NCBI RefSeq assembly: GCF_004010195.1 | Contig: NC_057719.1 | Span: 45,502,658-45,566,657, forward strand | Reading direction: 5' to 3' | DNA: 64,000 bases | From: Chiloscyllium plagiosum | Lineage: Eukaryota | Part shown: positions 51,511 to 63,975 of the stretch, one piece after another | How positions within the stretch are numbered: the first letter of the stretch is position 1 | Layout of the letters: each line of letters starts with the position of its first letter | Translations under genes and position numbers: made by a program | The notes under the pieces: generated by a model | Databases searched by the model: none | Told to the model about the DNA's origin: nothing | Seen by the model: only the letters and a program-made list of their open reading frames with translations

Positions 51511-54500
51511 TGCTACAATATTGCTAACTGTGTAGTTAAGGGAAGCCAGTGGTCTGATGTATTTCGATTTTCAAAAGGTTTTGAATAAGATGCCATACAG
51601 GAGTTTAGTAAACAAAATTAGAGCACTTAGATAGGAGGTTAATATACTAGTATGGATTGGGGATTGGTTAATGAAATGAAAGCAGACAACAGTAATAAAT
51701 GGGTAAAATTTAAGGTTGCAAGGCTGCAACTAATGGAGTACTACAAGGATCAGTGCTTGAGCCCCAGCTGTTCACAACCTACAATAATCAGTGTTTTGAT
51801 TAAGAGTGCAAATATAATATTTCCAAAACCAGATGGAATGTAAGCTCTGAGGAAGTTGCGAAGAGGCTCCAAAGGAATTTTGACAAGCAGAGTGAGTGGG
51901 CAAGAATATGGCAGATGGAATACAATGTAAATTATTATGAGGTTATCCACATTGATAGGCAGATCAGAAGTGCAGTGTACTTCTGAAATGGTGAGAGATT
52001 TAAAATGTTGATATCCAAACGATTTGTAGGTGCAGCAAGCAATTAGGAAGCCAAAAGGTATGTATATGTTTCTGAAGAGGATTTGAATACAGTGGTAAAG
52101 ATTGATGAGGTTCCACATTATAGGCTAATTAGTAAATTTAGGTGACATGGGATTCAGGGTAGCTTGTCAACTGGATACATAATTGGCTTAAGGACAGGAG
52201 ACAGCGTAGTGGTGGAGGGTTGCCCTTTGGACTGGAGACCTGTGAGCAGCAGTGTTCCACAGGGATTGGTTCTGGGTCCTCTTTTATTTGTCATTTGTAT
52301 AAAATGACTTGGATGAGAATATTGAAGGCGTAATTAGTAAGTTTGTGGACGATACCAAAATTGGTGGCATTGTAAATAGTGAAGAAGGATTTCTAAGATT
52401 ACGAAGGGATCTTGATCAAATGGGTCAATAGGCTGAAAAATGGCAGATGGCGTTCAATCTGGATAAGTGCAAGGCATTGCATTTTGGTGCAACAAATAAG
52501 GATAGGGCTTATATAATTAATGGTAGGGCCTTGTGTCGTGTTTTAGAATAGCAGGACCTAGGGGTTCGGGTCCAAGATTCTTTGAAGTTTGCGTCACGGT
52601 AGGCAAGGTAATTAAAAAGGCACTTAGCACACTTGCAGTCATTGCTCAGTTCTTTTGAGTATAGGAGTTGGAAAGTTATGTTGAAGTTGTACAGGACGTT
52701 GGTGAGGAATACATTTTCAAGTTGTGGTCGCTCAATTATAGGAATATTATTAAGCTAGAGAGGGTTCAGAAGAATTTTACCAGGATGTTGCTGGGTATGG
52801 AAGGTTTGAGTTATAAAGAAAGGCTGGATAGGCTGGGACATTTTTCAGTGGAGCACAGGAGTTTGAGACGTGACCTTAGAGTGGTTTATAGAATCATGAG
52901 GGGTATAATTAGGGTTAATGGTAGGTGTCTTTTCCCTAGGATAGGGAATTTCAAGATTAGTGGACATATTTTTAATGTGAGAGGAGAGAGATTTAAAAAA
53001 TTCATGAGGGGCAAATCTTTTACACAGAGGGTGGTTCTCGTGTGGAATGAACTTTCAGAGGGAAGTGGTGAATGTGTGCACAGTTACAATGTTTAAAAGA
53101 CACTTAGCTATGTACATGAATAGGAAAGATTTGGAGGGATATGGGCCAGAAGCAGGCAGGTGGGACTAGTTTAGTTTGGCAATATGTTCTGCATGGACTG
53201 GTTGGACTAAGGGGTCTGTTTCCCTGCTGTATGGCTCTATGTCATACTTCATTGTAATGAAATTAGGTGAGACTGAAATATTGTATGCCATTTTGGTCTC
53301 TTTACCTAAGAAAGGTTATGCTTGCCATAGCGTGAGTGTAGTGGAGGTTCACCAAACCAATCATGGGATGGCAGGACTTCTCTATGAGGAAAGATAGAGA
53401 AGACTTGGCTTGTATGTACTAGAATTTAGGGGAATTAATGGATGAACTTACAGAATGGCTAAGGAGGGTCAATACAAAAAGAATGTTTCCCTGGCAAGGA
53501 GACTAGAATCATGTGAAACAGTCTTAGAATAAGCGGCAGATCATTTAAGACAGAGATGAGGAGGAATTTCTTCACTCAGTGACTGGTGAATATTTAGACT
53601 TCTGTAGCCCAGAGGGATGTGCAAGCTCAATGCTTGTATATGCTCAAGGCAGAGATTGATAGATTTCTAGATACTAATGCTTTAAGAGATAGGGCGACAG
53701 TGTGGCAAAAAACATAATGATAGATGATCGGCAATGACAGGTATTTCACTCTTTCCTTTAAGTAGGATAAAAGTTAGGACAGGGCTTTGTTCCTTGATAT
53801 ATGTGAAGGGAGTTTGGTCAGATCCATAACCGTTTCTAACATTAAAAGATAATTGGGTGCTTTAATTGATGGTGGGTTACTAAAATAAAGATGGAAAGTG
53901 CTGTATTTTGAATAATAAGAAAGAGAGTTAGGTTCTGCCTAGAGAGGGAGCACATGGTGTCCACCAGTAGCCTTGAAGCTTTCAGAGAGAGGTGGGCACC
54001 ACTGTGACTGGGGCCCATTATCTCTCCTCTGATAGAGTATTAATTTAGAGCTTCCCTTGATTACTCCCTTTTTTTAAAAAAAAACTTTTTTGAGCTGTAC
54101 CAGTATCCTTGAAGCCTTTAAGGATAGGGAGGTACATCAGTGGGTGGTTTGCATTATTTTCCCCTCCAACACCACAATGATTTAGTCCCTCCACTTGTTA
54201 ATCCTCTTTTTGGATTTTGTTTGTCATACTGCTCCTGGTGGGCAGTGTTTGTTGGGTGACTAGTTAATTTGATTGTGGGTTTATTCACACACAAAAAAAT
54301 GGGGTTTTTCCCCAAGTGGAGTGTTAACTTCTGAGCAGGGAAAGGTTTCAAAAAGCAACAATGGAAACTGGTATTTGTGGTAATTGATAGATCTGCATAA
54401 AACACTTGCAAATCTCTGAAACTCTGTATAATCCAGCGTATGGATAAATCCACAATCTCGTAAATCCAATGTGTGATCTTCAGATTCTACCATATGTGGG

Positions 54501-55131
54501 TCAAGTGCTTGCTTGAAAGATTTGGTAAATAAGTTATTGGAGTTATGTGTGCTCTTTCTGATGCCTTGATATCACACCTGTGTATTCTCAACCAAATTTT
54601 ATGATAAGATCAGTTCCTCCTTCAATGAGCCTTTTCCATTTTGATCAGTCACAATCCATTGACTACCATGAGTTGGTGTGGGTTTTTGACCTCTTCAGGG
54701 ATGCTTTGAAGATATCATTAAAGCATGTCCACTGTTCCCATGGGAGCCTGCTGCTGCAACCAAATTGCAAGTAGATCAATCACTTTACAAATGACTCTGT
54801 TTTCTTGTGAAAAGAGAAGGGAGAGGGTTTAATAGAGCTCTTTAAAAATGATGGGAAAGAAAAATAACTGGAGATCATCAATATAAGATAGTCACTGAGA
54901 ATTCATGTACGAATTTCAGAAGTAACGTCTACCCAACAAGTGATAAGAGTGTGACATTCACTAACCCTGGGAATAGTTGAGGTGAATGGTATTGGTAAAT
55001 TATGGGTGATCATATGAGGAAGAAGGAATTTAACTAAATGACGACAAATAAAAAGATCCTCCAGAAGAGGCCTGATTCTGCACTGTATATTTTGTGTAAT
55101 TCCATGTTTCATTTCTTTGTATTTATTCTAG

Positions 55132-55356
55132 GTTCGTACATACATTGGGGCAATTTCTCAGCAGAGGAACAATGAAGCTGACCTTACAGCACTCCGATGC
55201 TTGTCATTTAATTCAATAATTGATCCCTGGGTTTTTATTATTCTCAATACATCTATCGTTAAAAAGACGTTGTCCAAGATATTGTACTGTAAAGTCACAT
55301 CTAAAGGACACAAAGCGCAGACTACAGTTTTCATAAGGAATGAAACATTTGAGTAA
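55132..55356 (+). CDS. Prostanoid receptor coding exon 2 (end of TM6, TM7, C-tail, stop)
   Basis: Follows a pyrimidine-rich acceptor (tttctttgtatttattctag). Translates VRTYIGAISQQRNNEADLTALRCLSFNSIIDPWVFIILNTS...NETFE*, with the conserved TM7 Arg and DPW motif, in frame with exon 1. Absent from the ORF track because it has no start codon. Confidence 0.92.
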   Translation, partial: VRTYIGAISQQRNNEADLTALRCLSFNSIIDPWVFIILNTSIVKKTLSKILYCKVTSKGHKAQTTVFIRNETFE

Positions 55357-56121
55357 GAGTCATTTTGGAATAGACAGTTCTGATGCTTTACCCATATTGA
55401 AGGTGATGTTTTCAGAATCAAGTGGTCATCAATCAACCTGTTCGAAAGAAAGATGAACAATCAGCATGTGACAACCTGTACTGAAGATTTGGTCCTTACA
55501 GCCATACAGTCACTGACTGCCAAACTTCATAGGTCTGAAATAAAAGCAGAAAGCGCTGGAGAAAATCAGGTCTGGCATCAACTGTGCAGAAAGAAATATA
55601 GTTAATGTTTCAAGTCCAATATGACCTGATGCCATATTTATGCCTTGTTGATTTTTTTTATCTATTTGGGAAAAGTTCATACTTTTAATTTCAGAATAGA
55701 ATAGTAGATAACTTTAAATTATTTTTCTACATGAACACGTAGAATTTTTCAGTCTTTTAAAAATATATTTAATGTTCCTGGTACCATTCAGGGTATTTGA
55801 TGTATCCTTGCTATCTAATTTGTTCCCACAGTTAAATGTGTATTTTGCTAGGTCTATTGTATAAGGATACTCAAGCTAAAATCTGCAACATGTGCCAAAC
55901 TTTATGAACAAAGTAAATATAGTTATTTATTCTGTATTTTTAAAGTAAGACTAACTACTTAAGACTGACTATTACCAAGCTGACGTTTGAGTCTGGAGAA
56001 CAGAATGGGATGCACTGTCATTCATAGTTGACGAATCGATGTCTGTCTCACTGTGCAGAAATAGATTCACAAAAACATGCACTTGGATTCATCAGTTTAG
56101 TGTTCTAGAATGCAGCCATTA

Positions 56122-56712
56122 GAGTCATAGAGATGTACAGCATGGAACAGACCCTTTGGTCCAACTCGTTCATGCCGACCAGATATCCTAACCTAATCTA
56201 GTCCTATTTGCCAGCATTTGGCCCATATCCCTCTAAACCTTTCCTATTCATATACCCATCCAGATGCCTTTTAAATGCTGTAATTGTACCAGCCTCCACC
56301 ACTTCCTCTGGCAGCTCATTCCATACATGCACCACCCTCTGAAAAAGTTCCCCTTAGGTCCCTTTTATTTCTTTCCCTCACACCCTAAATCTATGCCCTC
56401 TAGCTCTGGACTCCCCCACCCCAAGGAAAATAACTTGTCTCCTCATGAGTTTGGTATGCTTTCCTTTATTGTTCAGAGCATTGATTGTAGGAGTTGCGAA
56501 GTCATATTGTGGCTGTGCAGGACATTGGTTAGGCCACTTTTGGAATATTGCGTGCAATTCTAGTCTCCTTCCTATCGGAAGGATGTTGTGAAACTTGAAA
56601 GGGTTCACAAAAGTTTTGCAAGGACATTGCCAGGGTTGGAGGATTTGAGCTATAGGGAGATGCTAAATAAGCTGGGGCTGTTTTCCCTGGAGCGTCAGAG
56701 TGTCAGGGGTGA
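56122..56712 (-). mobile_element. CR1 insertion with 5' inversion
   Basis: 3' end on minus (56122-56440) joined to the preceding ORF2 segment on plus (56447-56712); ccatta at 56116-56121 and 56713-56718. Confidence 0.8.
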
Positions 56713-59700
56713 CCATTACGCTAATCAGATGAGCTTAAAAAAAAGACATGCTAAAAGTAACTTTATACAGATTCCTTCTTTTATTGTATAATTAAAACAT
56801 ATTTCACTCAGTCAAAATTTGACTTACATTGTGTACTTTTTTAAAATTAAGTTGTTGACTTTGACTTTTTTTGTGTTACAAATGTTCATTTGGATAAGAT
56901 ATTTGCATGTTTGCTTTTGAATCCAAAGTTTTGTAGACTTGATTTAGAATATTATATGTGCAGTTTAATATGGTAATTTCAGAACTGCAGATATTTTAAA
57001 TGAATTTCAATTAGAGATGACATAGTTTTGCATATTAATTATAAATCATAGATCAAATTTATGGATCAGTCAATTCTGGAAGCAGTCTGTTTCTGAAACC
57101 AGCTGATGGAATATATGGACATCATAAACTGTTTCAAATATACAGTAGACATTGACTAAAGTTATTGAAAATTGGACATTTGCAATTGTACATCAAATTA
57201 GGCATTCAAGTATGGATGATACAGGTCTATCAACTTACACTTGAAATTTTATTAATGCTGTATATTTCTATTTTTGGTTATACACTTTAATAGAACCTCT
57301 CTGATGTGTTGCAAACAAATTTTCTAATAAACATGCAGGGAGGCTTTAGGTTTTTTCTCTTTTTTTCATTCTTTCATAGGATGTGGGCTTCACTGGTTAG
57401 GCTGGCATTGATTGCCTATCTCCAGTTGCACTTGAGAAGGTCTTAGTGAGCTGTCTTCCTGAACTGCTGCAGTCCTTCGGTCGCATGAAGCGATGTTGGA
57501 GGATTGAAGGGAGAGATAAGGAAGTGTTCAGCCATGATGCTCTGGCCAACATAGCATGGGGAAGTCTTGATGAGTAATTTATCTTTGCCTTCACACCAAC
57601 TACATATGATGTCACAAATTAATGCAGCATTGAAAATGTCAACTGTTGCAATAAAAGTTTCTTGGACACTCCTTATACAAAAATAAACTTTGAGAGAATT
57701 CCATTGGGTCATGGGAAATTTTCTAAGCCAGTAAAGTCATAGAAGTCTCTAGAAAAGGCCCAAAATTGTGGAATTTTATAAAGACCAACATGAGATCTTC
57801 TGACATTTGGTGGGATGCCAAACTATTCCAATGTTTTTCTAACATACACTTGCACATCTCTCTCTTTAATTATTTGCTTTACTTAACATGTCTGGAACCT
57901 GCTACTGGTTTTATTCTTCCTCTCAGATCCTGCTCATTGCCATTGCTGATTTATTTAGAGATTTTCAGAATAACAGCAGTTATTGGCTGAGCAGTATCAC
58001 CGGTCTTTCAATCGCCATGCCATTTTTGCTTGTCTTGTGTGAGGAGAACTATGCACTTTGGTATAGGTTGAAGATTTTTGTTGTTCATGGAGCAGTAGAC
58101 TTGGTGGCTGCTTTCCCTAAACTGATTAAAACAGAGCAGAAATAAACATTTTTTGGAGAAGGCAACCTCTGGAATAATTTTGCAGCCTGTCGTCCAGATC
58201 TACTTCTTTCAATCTTTCACATGAGATGCACTGAAAATTTCTTGATCAATGTGGAAATGTCCAGGAACTTAATTTTATTATAGGTACGGGAACCTTACTA
58301 AGAACTGCCATAAAAATGGCAATTTGGATTACAAATTAAAAGGCTTTAAAGACTTGCAGAAAAAAATTGCTATTTACTTGGAAAATAAAATCTAGTTTAG
58401 TTTTGGGAGGAGGAATAAAATATAAATTCATGGTTAGCTTTGGCTTATAAAGCCACCTAAATATTATGAGAAGCATAGGGCAAAGTGTAGCATATAGTTT
58501 TCTCTTATGTTCAGGGCAGTTGTGCAATTAGCAATGTAATAGATGCTTCATATTTTAAAATGAGCCTTATGTTTCTAACCACATCTTAAAGTACTTACTT
58601 GCCAATAATAGGCTGCTCTACCTACCACCTCATGATTTGTTGCCATGCTTTTCTTTATCTTTTATCATTGTTTCATGTAGTCAGACAATGTAGACCTTTA
58701 ACTGGTCCAGAGCCCAGTTCTGCTAGTTGCTATATCATGTACTTTATATGGCAGTAATACCTCAGTAGGTAATACCTTATGCTTCAGTGTGCATGGAGAC
58801 AACATTACTCTTTCTTATATAAAAAAAACTTCTTGGGTTATATATACTTTCCCATACCAACTATGATGCTTATGGTCAATAGTGCAAGTGTATTCCTTTT
58901 GTTAACCAAGAAGTTCATTTCTTAATAGAGTTTCAAAACATTCAATTTATTTAAATATATTCTGAAAAAACAATAACATAAAACTACTGAACAAAAATAC
59001 CATAAATATAGGTTTAATTATAAATAGTTCAATATATGTCTCGCATCCATATGTCTGCAGTGCTTACCATGTGTTACAGTATGAAGTAAAGGATAAAATT
59101 CTAACGATGCAGGAGCAGAAGAAAGTTATGGGTATATGCACACAAATCAGTGCAGATAGAAGGGCAGGTTGAGAAAGTGGTTACTAAAGCATACAAATCA
59201 ATAGGGGCATATAATACAAAAGCAAGGAAATTCTGATGGAACTGTATCAAACACTGGTACTGGCTCAACTGAGGTATTGGGCTGAATCTTCAAAAATTGA
59301 CTAAATGTCAATTTTGGCAGTTTCTCGCAGTTTGCAAGTCCCAATTAATTTTGCAATGTTATTTTCCAAAGTTAATCTCATTACCAATGGACCACACTTC
59401 TAGGGCAATGGCCAGACTTTTGGATATCTGGCTCCAGCGCCATCTTTGAAGCTGAGCCATGCACAGTCAAAAGCTGGCGATAGACATCTGTGCTACATGA
59501 CTTATCTGGGACATGTTGGACAGAGGATAATTGGCATTGCTAATGGGGGGGTCAGGACCTGGAATTACTGCTGTATGAGAGGTGACTCAGCTGTGCATTT
59601 GCTACATGTGGAGCAGGCTTGAGATATTGGTGACTGATGGAGGTCGCTATCTGCGAGCTGGAGTTGTCAAATGACTACTCTGACTTTCCTGTCAGGATCA

Positions 59701-59861
59701 GAATGTTCATTGAATATGATGACTAGTTTATATCAAGTGTGGGAGAATGGGAAACTTCATATCAATGTTGTGAAATGTCATAATAACAATGGTCTCATGC
59801 ATGTAAATACACCTCACTAGCCATTCAATTGTAGATTAGAAAATGGGACTTCTTGCTGTCA

Positions 59862-60247
59862 GGGAGGAAGTGAGGACTGCAGATGCTGGAGATCAGAGTT
59901 GAGAATATGGTGCTGGAAAAGCACAGCAGGTCAGGCAGCATCCGAGGAGCAGGAGAATCGACGTTTCGGGCATAAGCCTTTCATCAGGAATGAGGCTTGA
60001 GGGCCGGGGGTGCTGAGAGATAAATGGGAGGGGTATGGGGCTGGGGGGAAGGTAGCTGGGACTGTGATAGGTAGATGAAGGTGCTTCAGGCAGAACAGAT
60101 GACCTGGAGGTGGGGGGTGCAGTGAGAGAGAGAGAGAGACTCACTGAGATCCTTGTAGAGAGAGGAGGAGAACTTCTTCAAGGTAGGCATCTTAGAAGAG
60201 ACTTTGCAGTAAGGTTAAAATCAATTAGGAGAAAGTGAAAACTGCAG
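59862..60247 (-). mobile_element. Internally deleted Penelope-type element with intact hammerhead core
   Basis: pLTR on minus with CUGAUGA...GAAACGUC at 59960-59987, and a second pLTR end at about 60228-60247. Confidence 0.75.
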
Positions 60248-60353
60248 TTCCTGGGAAGCTCCCCACTGCCAATCGTATGCAGTTCTACCAACTTTCTCAT
60301 CAATGCCTACATCATTCATTGTCGGGAGAGTCTCCACCAATTATGTTCAATGA

Positions 60354-61660
60354 GGAGACAGTGATGTGTTGATCATGGCACTCTATTTGTTATGATGTGG
60401 GGTAAACCCTCCTCCTTAATTTAAACCAGCATCAGAAAAGATTTATCCCGTGCAGTAATTGTAAAAAATTGAGTGGCCAAGAACTATTTAAAGTAAAAAT
60501 TAGCAACTTTATCTTCTTAAAGTACAACAGAGAATAATTAACTAAAAACTATTCACAAGTCCTTACTATAACGTATATTTTACTTTCCCTTCTATGATAC
60601 TAGTCTGATAAAACTCCCGATTAAGATTTACAAAACAAAACATTTTATCTCAAAACCAGGCAGCTTTCAGTTCTTCTATTTGGATCTTCCTGTGTCTTTT
60701 CTTCTTCTTAGGGATTCTGCTTCACAGGTTACTGATCGAGAAAGGTACCGTTTAAGAGAGCTATTTTTCCAGGCAGTCTGTTTACATGCTGGGGCCTGGC
60801 AGCTTTCCTCTCAACTGTTCAATTTCCCCCCAGTCTTGTACCCCAGAGCATCGGATTGTGTCATCAGCTTTTAAGATTGTCAATTTATTAAATTCAAACT
60901 TGATTAGAATTTGGTATTTTTCGGGGTATAATTTAAACTAATCGGCCTAATTTGAATCCGTTTTTTGTCGTTTCCAAGCAACCAGCTCCTCCAGTAGCTG
61001 GAGCACGTTACATTGTCTTATTGAGAACACTTGGTGCTGTCACTGCTAGCTTTTAACTCTCAAAGATACAGTACACCCACATCTTCATAACATATTAATA
61101 ATTTAGATGGCCCCAGCTAATGATAAGGGGACATTGTTCGAATCCTGCTGGGACAACAAAATTTAATCAATAAATCTCAAAGATTAATCAAATGTTAACC
61201 ATGAAACCATTTTTGATTGTTACAAAATACCATTTTGATTATTTGATTTCTTTTAGGGATGCAAAATTTGCTTAAGTATACTCCAGATCCACAGCAATTT
61301 GATTGACACCTAAATACCACCTAAAATGGCTGAGCAAACCATTCAGTTGTAACAAATCACAAGTGAGAAACATAAAGAGAAGGAAACTGAACAGACTAGC
61401 TGGCGATGACGTTGGCATCTGACAGGGCAACAGCATACCTAATTCTCATCAACTCTGCACAGTCCTCCTTACTAAGATTTGGGACTAGAGCCAAAATTGG
61501 GAGAACTGTCTCACAGATCTGTCAACTTGACTTAGGCATAACCATGAAATCATACTTTCCAGACACCAGCACGATCATACCTGTCACACCGACATGATAG
61601 ACCCTCCGGCAATGGTGACGTACTGGTATACATTTGGGAAAGTGTTGTCCTGGGAGTCCT
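60354..61660 (+). mobile_element. Family B LINE 5' end with tRNA-like head, split by the solo LTR
   Basis: B-box gttcgaatcc at 61136-61145, shared middle body near 61280-61350, then the EN start homologous to 20380-20580. Confidence 0.65.
60388..61092 (-). mobile_element. Solo LTR (705 bp), 4-bp TSD TATT
   Basis: TGTTATGA...TCATAACA perfect 8-bp terminal inverted repeat; TATT at 60384-60387 and 61093-61096. Orientation inferred from resemblance to 36805-37473. Confidence 0.85.
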
Positions 61661-61664
61661 CTTC

Positions 61665-62450
61665 CTTAAAAACATTAAAGCAATCTGCTTCCACCATCTT
61701 TTGAGGAAGAACATTTCAAAGATTCACAACCCTCTGTGAGAAAATATTTCTCTTTAGCTTTGTTTTAAACAGATGGCCCCTTACTTTGAAACAGTGATCC
61801 CTAGTTCTAGATTCTCCCACAGAAAGAATCATGCTCTCCACATCCACCCTGTCAAGTCCCCTCAAGATCTTGTATGTTTTAAGCAAATTATCTCTTTCTG
61901 TTCTAAACACCAATGGATACAAGTATAGACTGTTCAGGACTTTCAGAAGACAACCCACCAATTTCAATCTTCTCCAAACTGCTTCCAACGAATTTTCATC
62001 CTTCCTTCAGTAAGGACACCCAACACTGTACACAGCATTCCAGATGTGGTCTCATCAGTGCTCTGTACAGCTGAAGCATAACCTCACTGATTTTGTATTC
62101 AATTCCCTTCACAATAAGTGATAACATTCTAGTAACTTACCTATTTTTAATTGCTGTACCTGCAGGCTAACTTTTTGTGCACAAGTTGCCTCGATCCCTC
62201 CAAATCTCAGAACTCTGCAATCTCTCACTGTTTAAAGCATTAAACTAAGCATTTTAAATAAGGATTTTTATTCTTCCTGCCAAATTGGTCAACTTCACAT
62301 AGATTTTACACTCCATCTGTCAGATCTTAACTAAATAATCTGATCTCCAAATCATTTAAACTATTTATATCCTTAGGTCCTTGTCATAACTAAATTTCCT
62401 ACCTATCTTTGTGTCAATTTAGTAACCATGACTTCAGTCCCTTCATTCAA
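61665..62450 (-). mobile_element. CR1 3' fragment
   Basis: YKILRGLDRVD...GESRTRDH...FSQRVVNL. Confidence 0.8.
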
Positions 62451-62599
62451 GTCATGCTTCACTCCACATGATATCAAGAAATGGCTGAAGACTGAATGCT
62501 ACAAAGGTTATATCTCCTTTTAAAATTCTGGAAATAATGCTTAAGAGACAGAACATAAATTCCTGGGAAAAAAATCAGCAGGTCTGGCAGCATAACTAC

Positions 62600-63975
62600 A
62601 AAATGCTTCGAGAGGTTAGTCATGGCTCACATCAACTTCAGCCGAGCAAATTGCCATTGTCCTTTGCAATTCATCTACCGGCACAATAGGCCCTGGCCCT
62701 ACACTCATCCCTGAAACATGTGGATATCAAGTATAGAAGAGAAAATGAGGTCTGCAGATGCTGGAGATCAGAGATGGAAATGTGTTGCTGGAGAAGCGCA
62801 GCAGGTCAGGCAGCATCTAGGGAACAGGAGAATCGACGTTTCGGGCATTAGCCCTTCTTCAGGAAACCAACGATATCAAGTATACCCAAGTCAAGTGTTT
62901 ACTTATTGACTACAATTCGACCTCCAACATCATAATTCCAAACAAATGCATCTTTAAATTCTGAGACCTAAGTCTCACCTCCTCTCCTCTATAACTGGAT
63001 CCTCTACATCCTGATCCATAGACAGCAATCAGTAAGAATTAGCGACAACCCCTCCTCCACCACGTTCCTCAACACCGGTGCCCTGCAAGGCTGTGTACTC
63101 AGCCCCCTACTATACTCCTTATACACTTATGTCTGTATGGTCAAATTCTGCTCCAAATCCATTTACAAGTTTGCTAATGACACCACTGTTGTTGGTTAAA
63201 CATCAAACAATGAGACAGAATACAGGAAAGAGACTGAGTGCTTAGCAGCATTTTGTAAAGATTACAATCTACATCAGAAAAATGAAGGACCTGGTCATTG
63301 ATGTCAGGAAGCCATGTGAAAGGCAGGCCCCTGTCTGCATCAATGGTGCTGAGGTGGAAATAGTCAAGAGTGTCAAGTTCCTGGGAGTAATGGTCATCAA
63401 CAATCTGTCTGGGTCCACCCACGTTATCGCAATGGTCAAGAGAGTACAACAATGTCTCCACTTCCTCAGTAGGCTAAGGAAATTTGGCATGTCCCCAGAT
63501 TTTAGACATGCACCATAGAAAGCATTCTATTTGGATGCACTGCATGATATGGCAACTGCTCTTCCCAAGACCGCAAGAAACTACAAACATCCAAGTCCAT
63601 CACGCAAACCAGCTTCCCTTCCATTGACTCCACCTATACTTCCTAATGCCTGGAAAAGCAACCAACATAATCAAAGACCTCTTCCACTGTGGTTATACTC
63701 TCTTCCACCTTCTTCCGCTGGGCAGAATATACAAAGGTTTGAATACATGCATGAATAGACACAAGAACAGCTTCGTCCCCGCTGTTGTCAGAATTTTTAT
63801 TTGCCCTCTGACCTCTCTTTCTCTGCACCTTCTCTGTGGCTGTAACACTGTATTCTACACTCTGTTCTGCTACCCTGATACAAATTGTATGATACAATTT
63901 GACTGTATAGCACACAAAACAACACTTTTCACGGTCTCTCAGTACATGTGACAATAATAAATCAATCAATCAATC
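62600..63975 (+). mobile_element. Rex1/Babar-type LINE, RT to 3' end
   Basis: LNTGALQGCVLSPLLYSLYT, KFANDTTV, ING.EVEIVKSVKFLGV; tail aataataaatcaatcaatcaatc. Confidence 0.75.
62736..62871 (-). mobile_element. pLTR-derived short element with intact hammerhead core, inside the Rex1 LINE
   Basis: 13-bp TSD gatatcaagtata at 62723-62735 and 62872-62884; core CUGAAGA-agggc-uaau-gccc-GAAAC-GUC at 62835-62862. Confidence 0.82.

Larger units (their letters stand above)
45780..53730 (+). mobile_element. Old CR1 occupying most of the intron, with nested CR1 (about 46690-47175 and 52090-53245) and Penelope insertions
   Basis: ORF1 esterase at 46160-46520, EN at 47270-47770, RT remnants at 49700-50020 and 51520-52090, and 3' end near 53270-53730, all in collinear order. 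Confidence 0.7.

Noticed and set aside
55357..57340. Specific poly(A) site for the receptor
   Set aside because: Several AATAAA candidates (one inside a repeat near 55538, one near 57326); cannot choose without transcript data.
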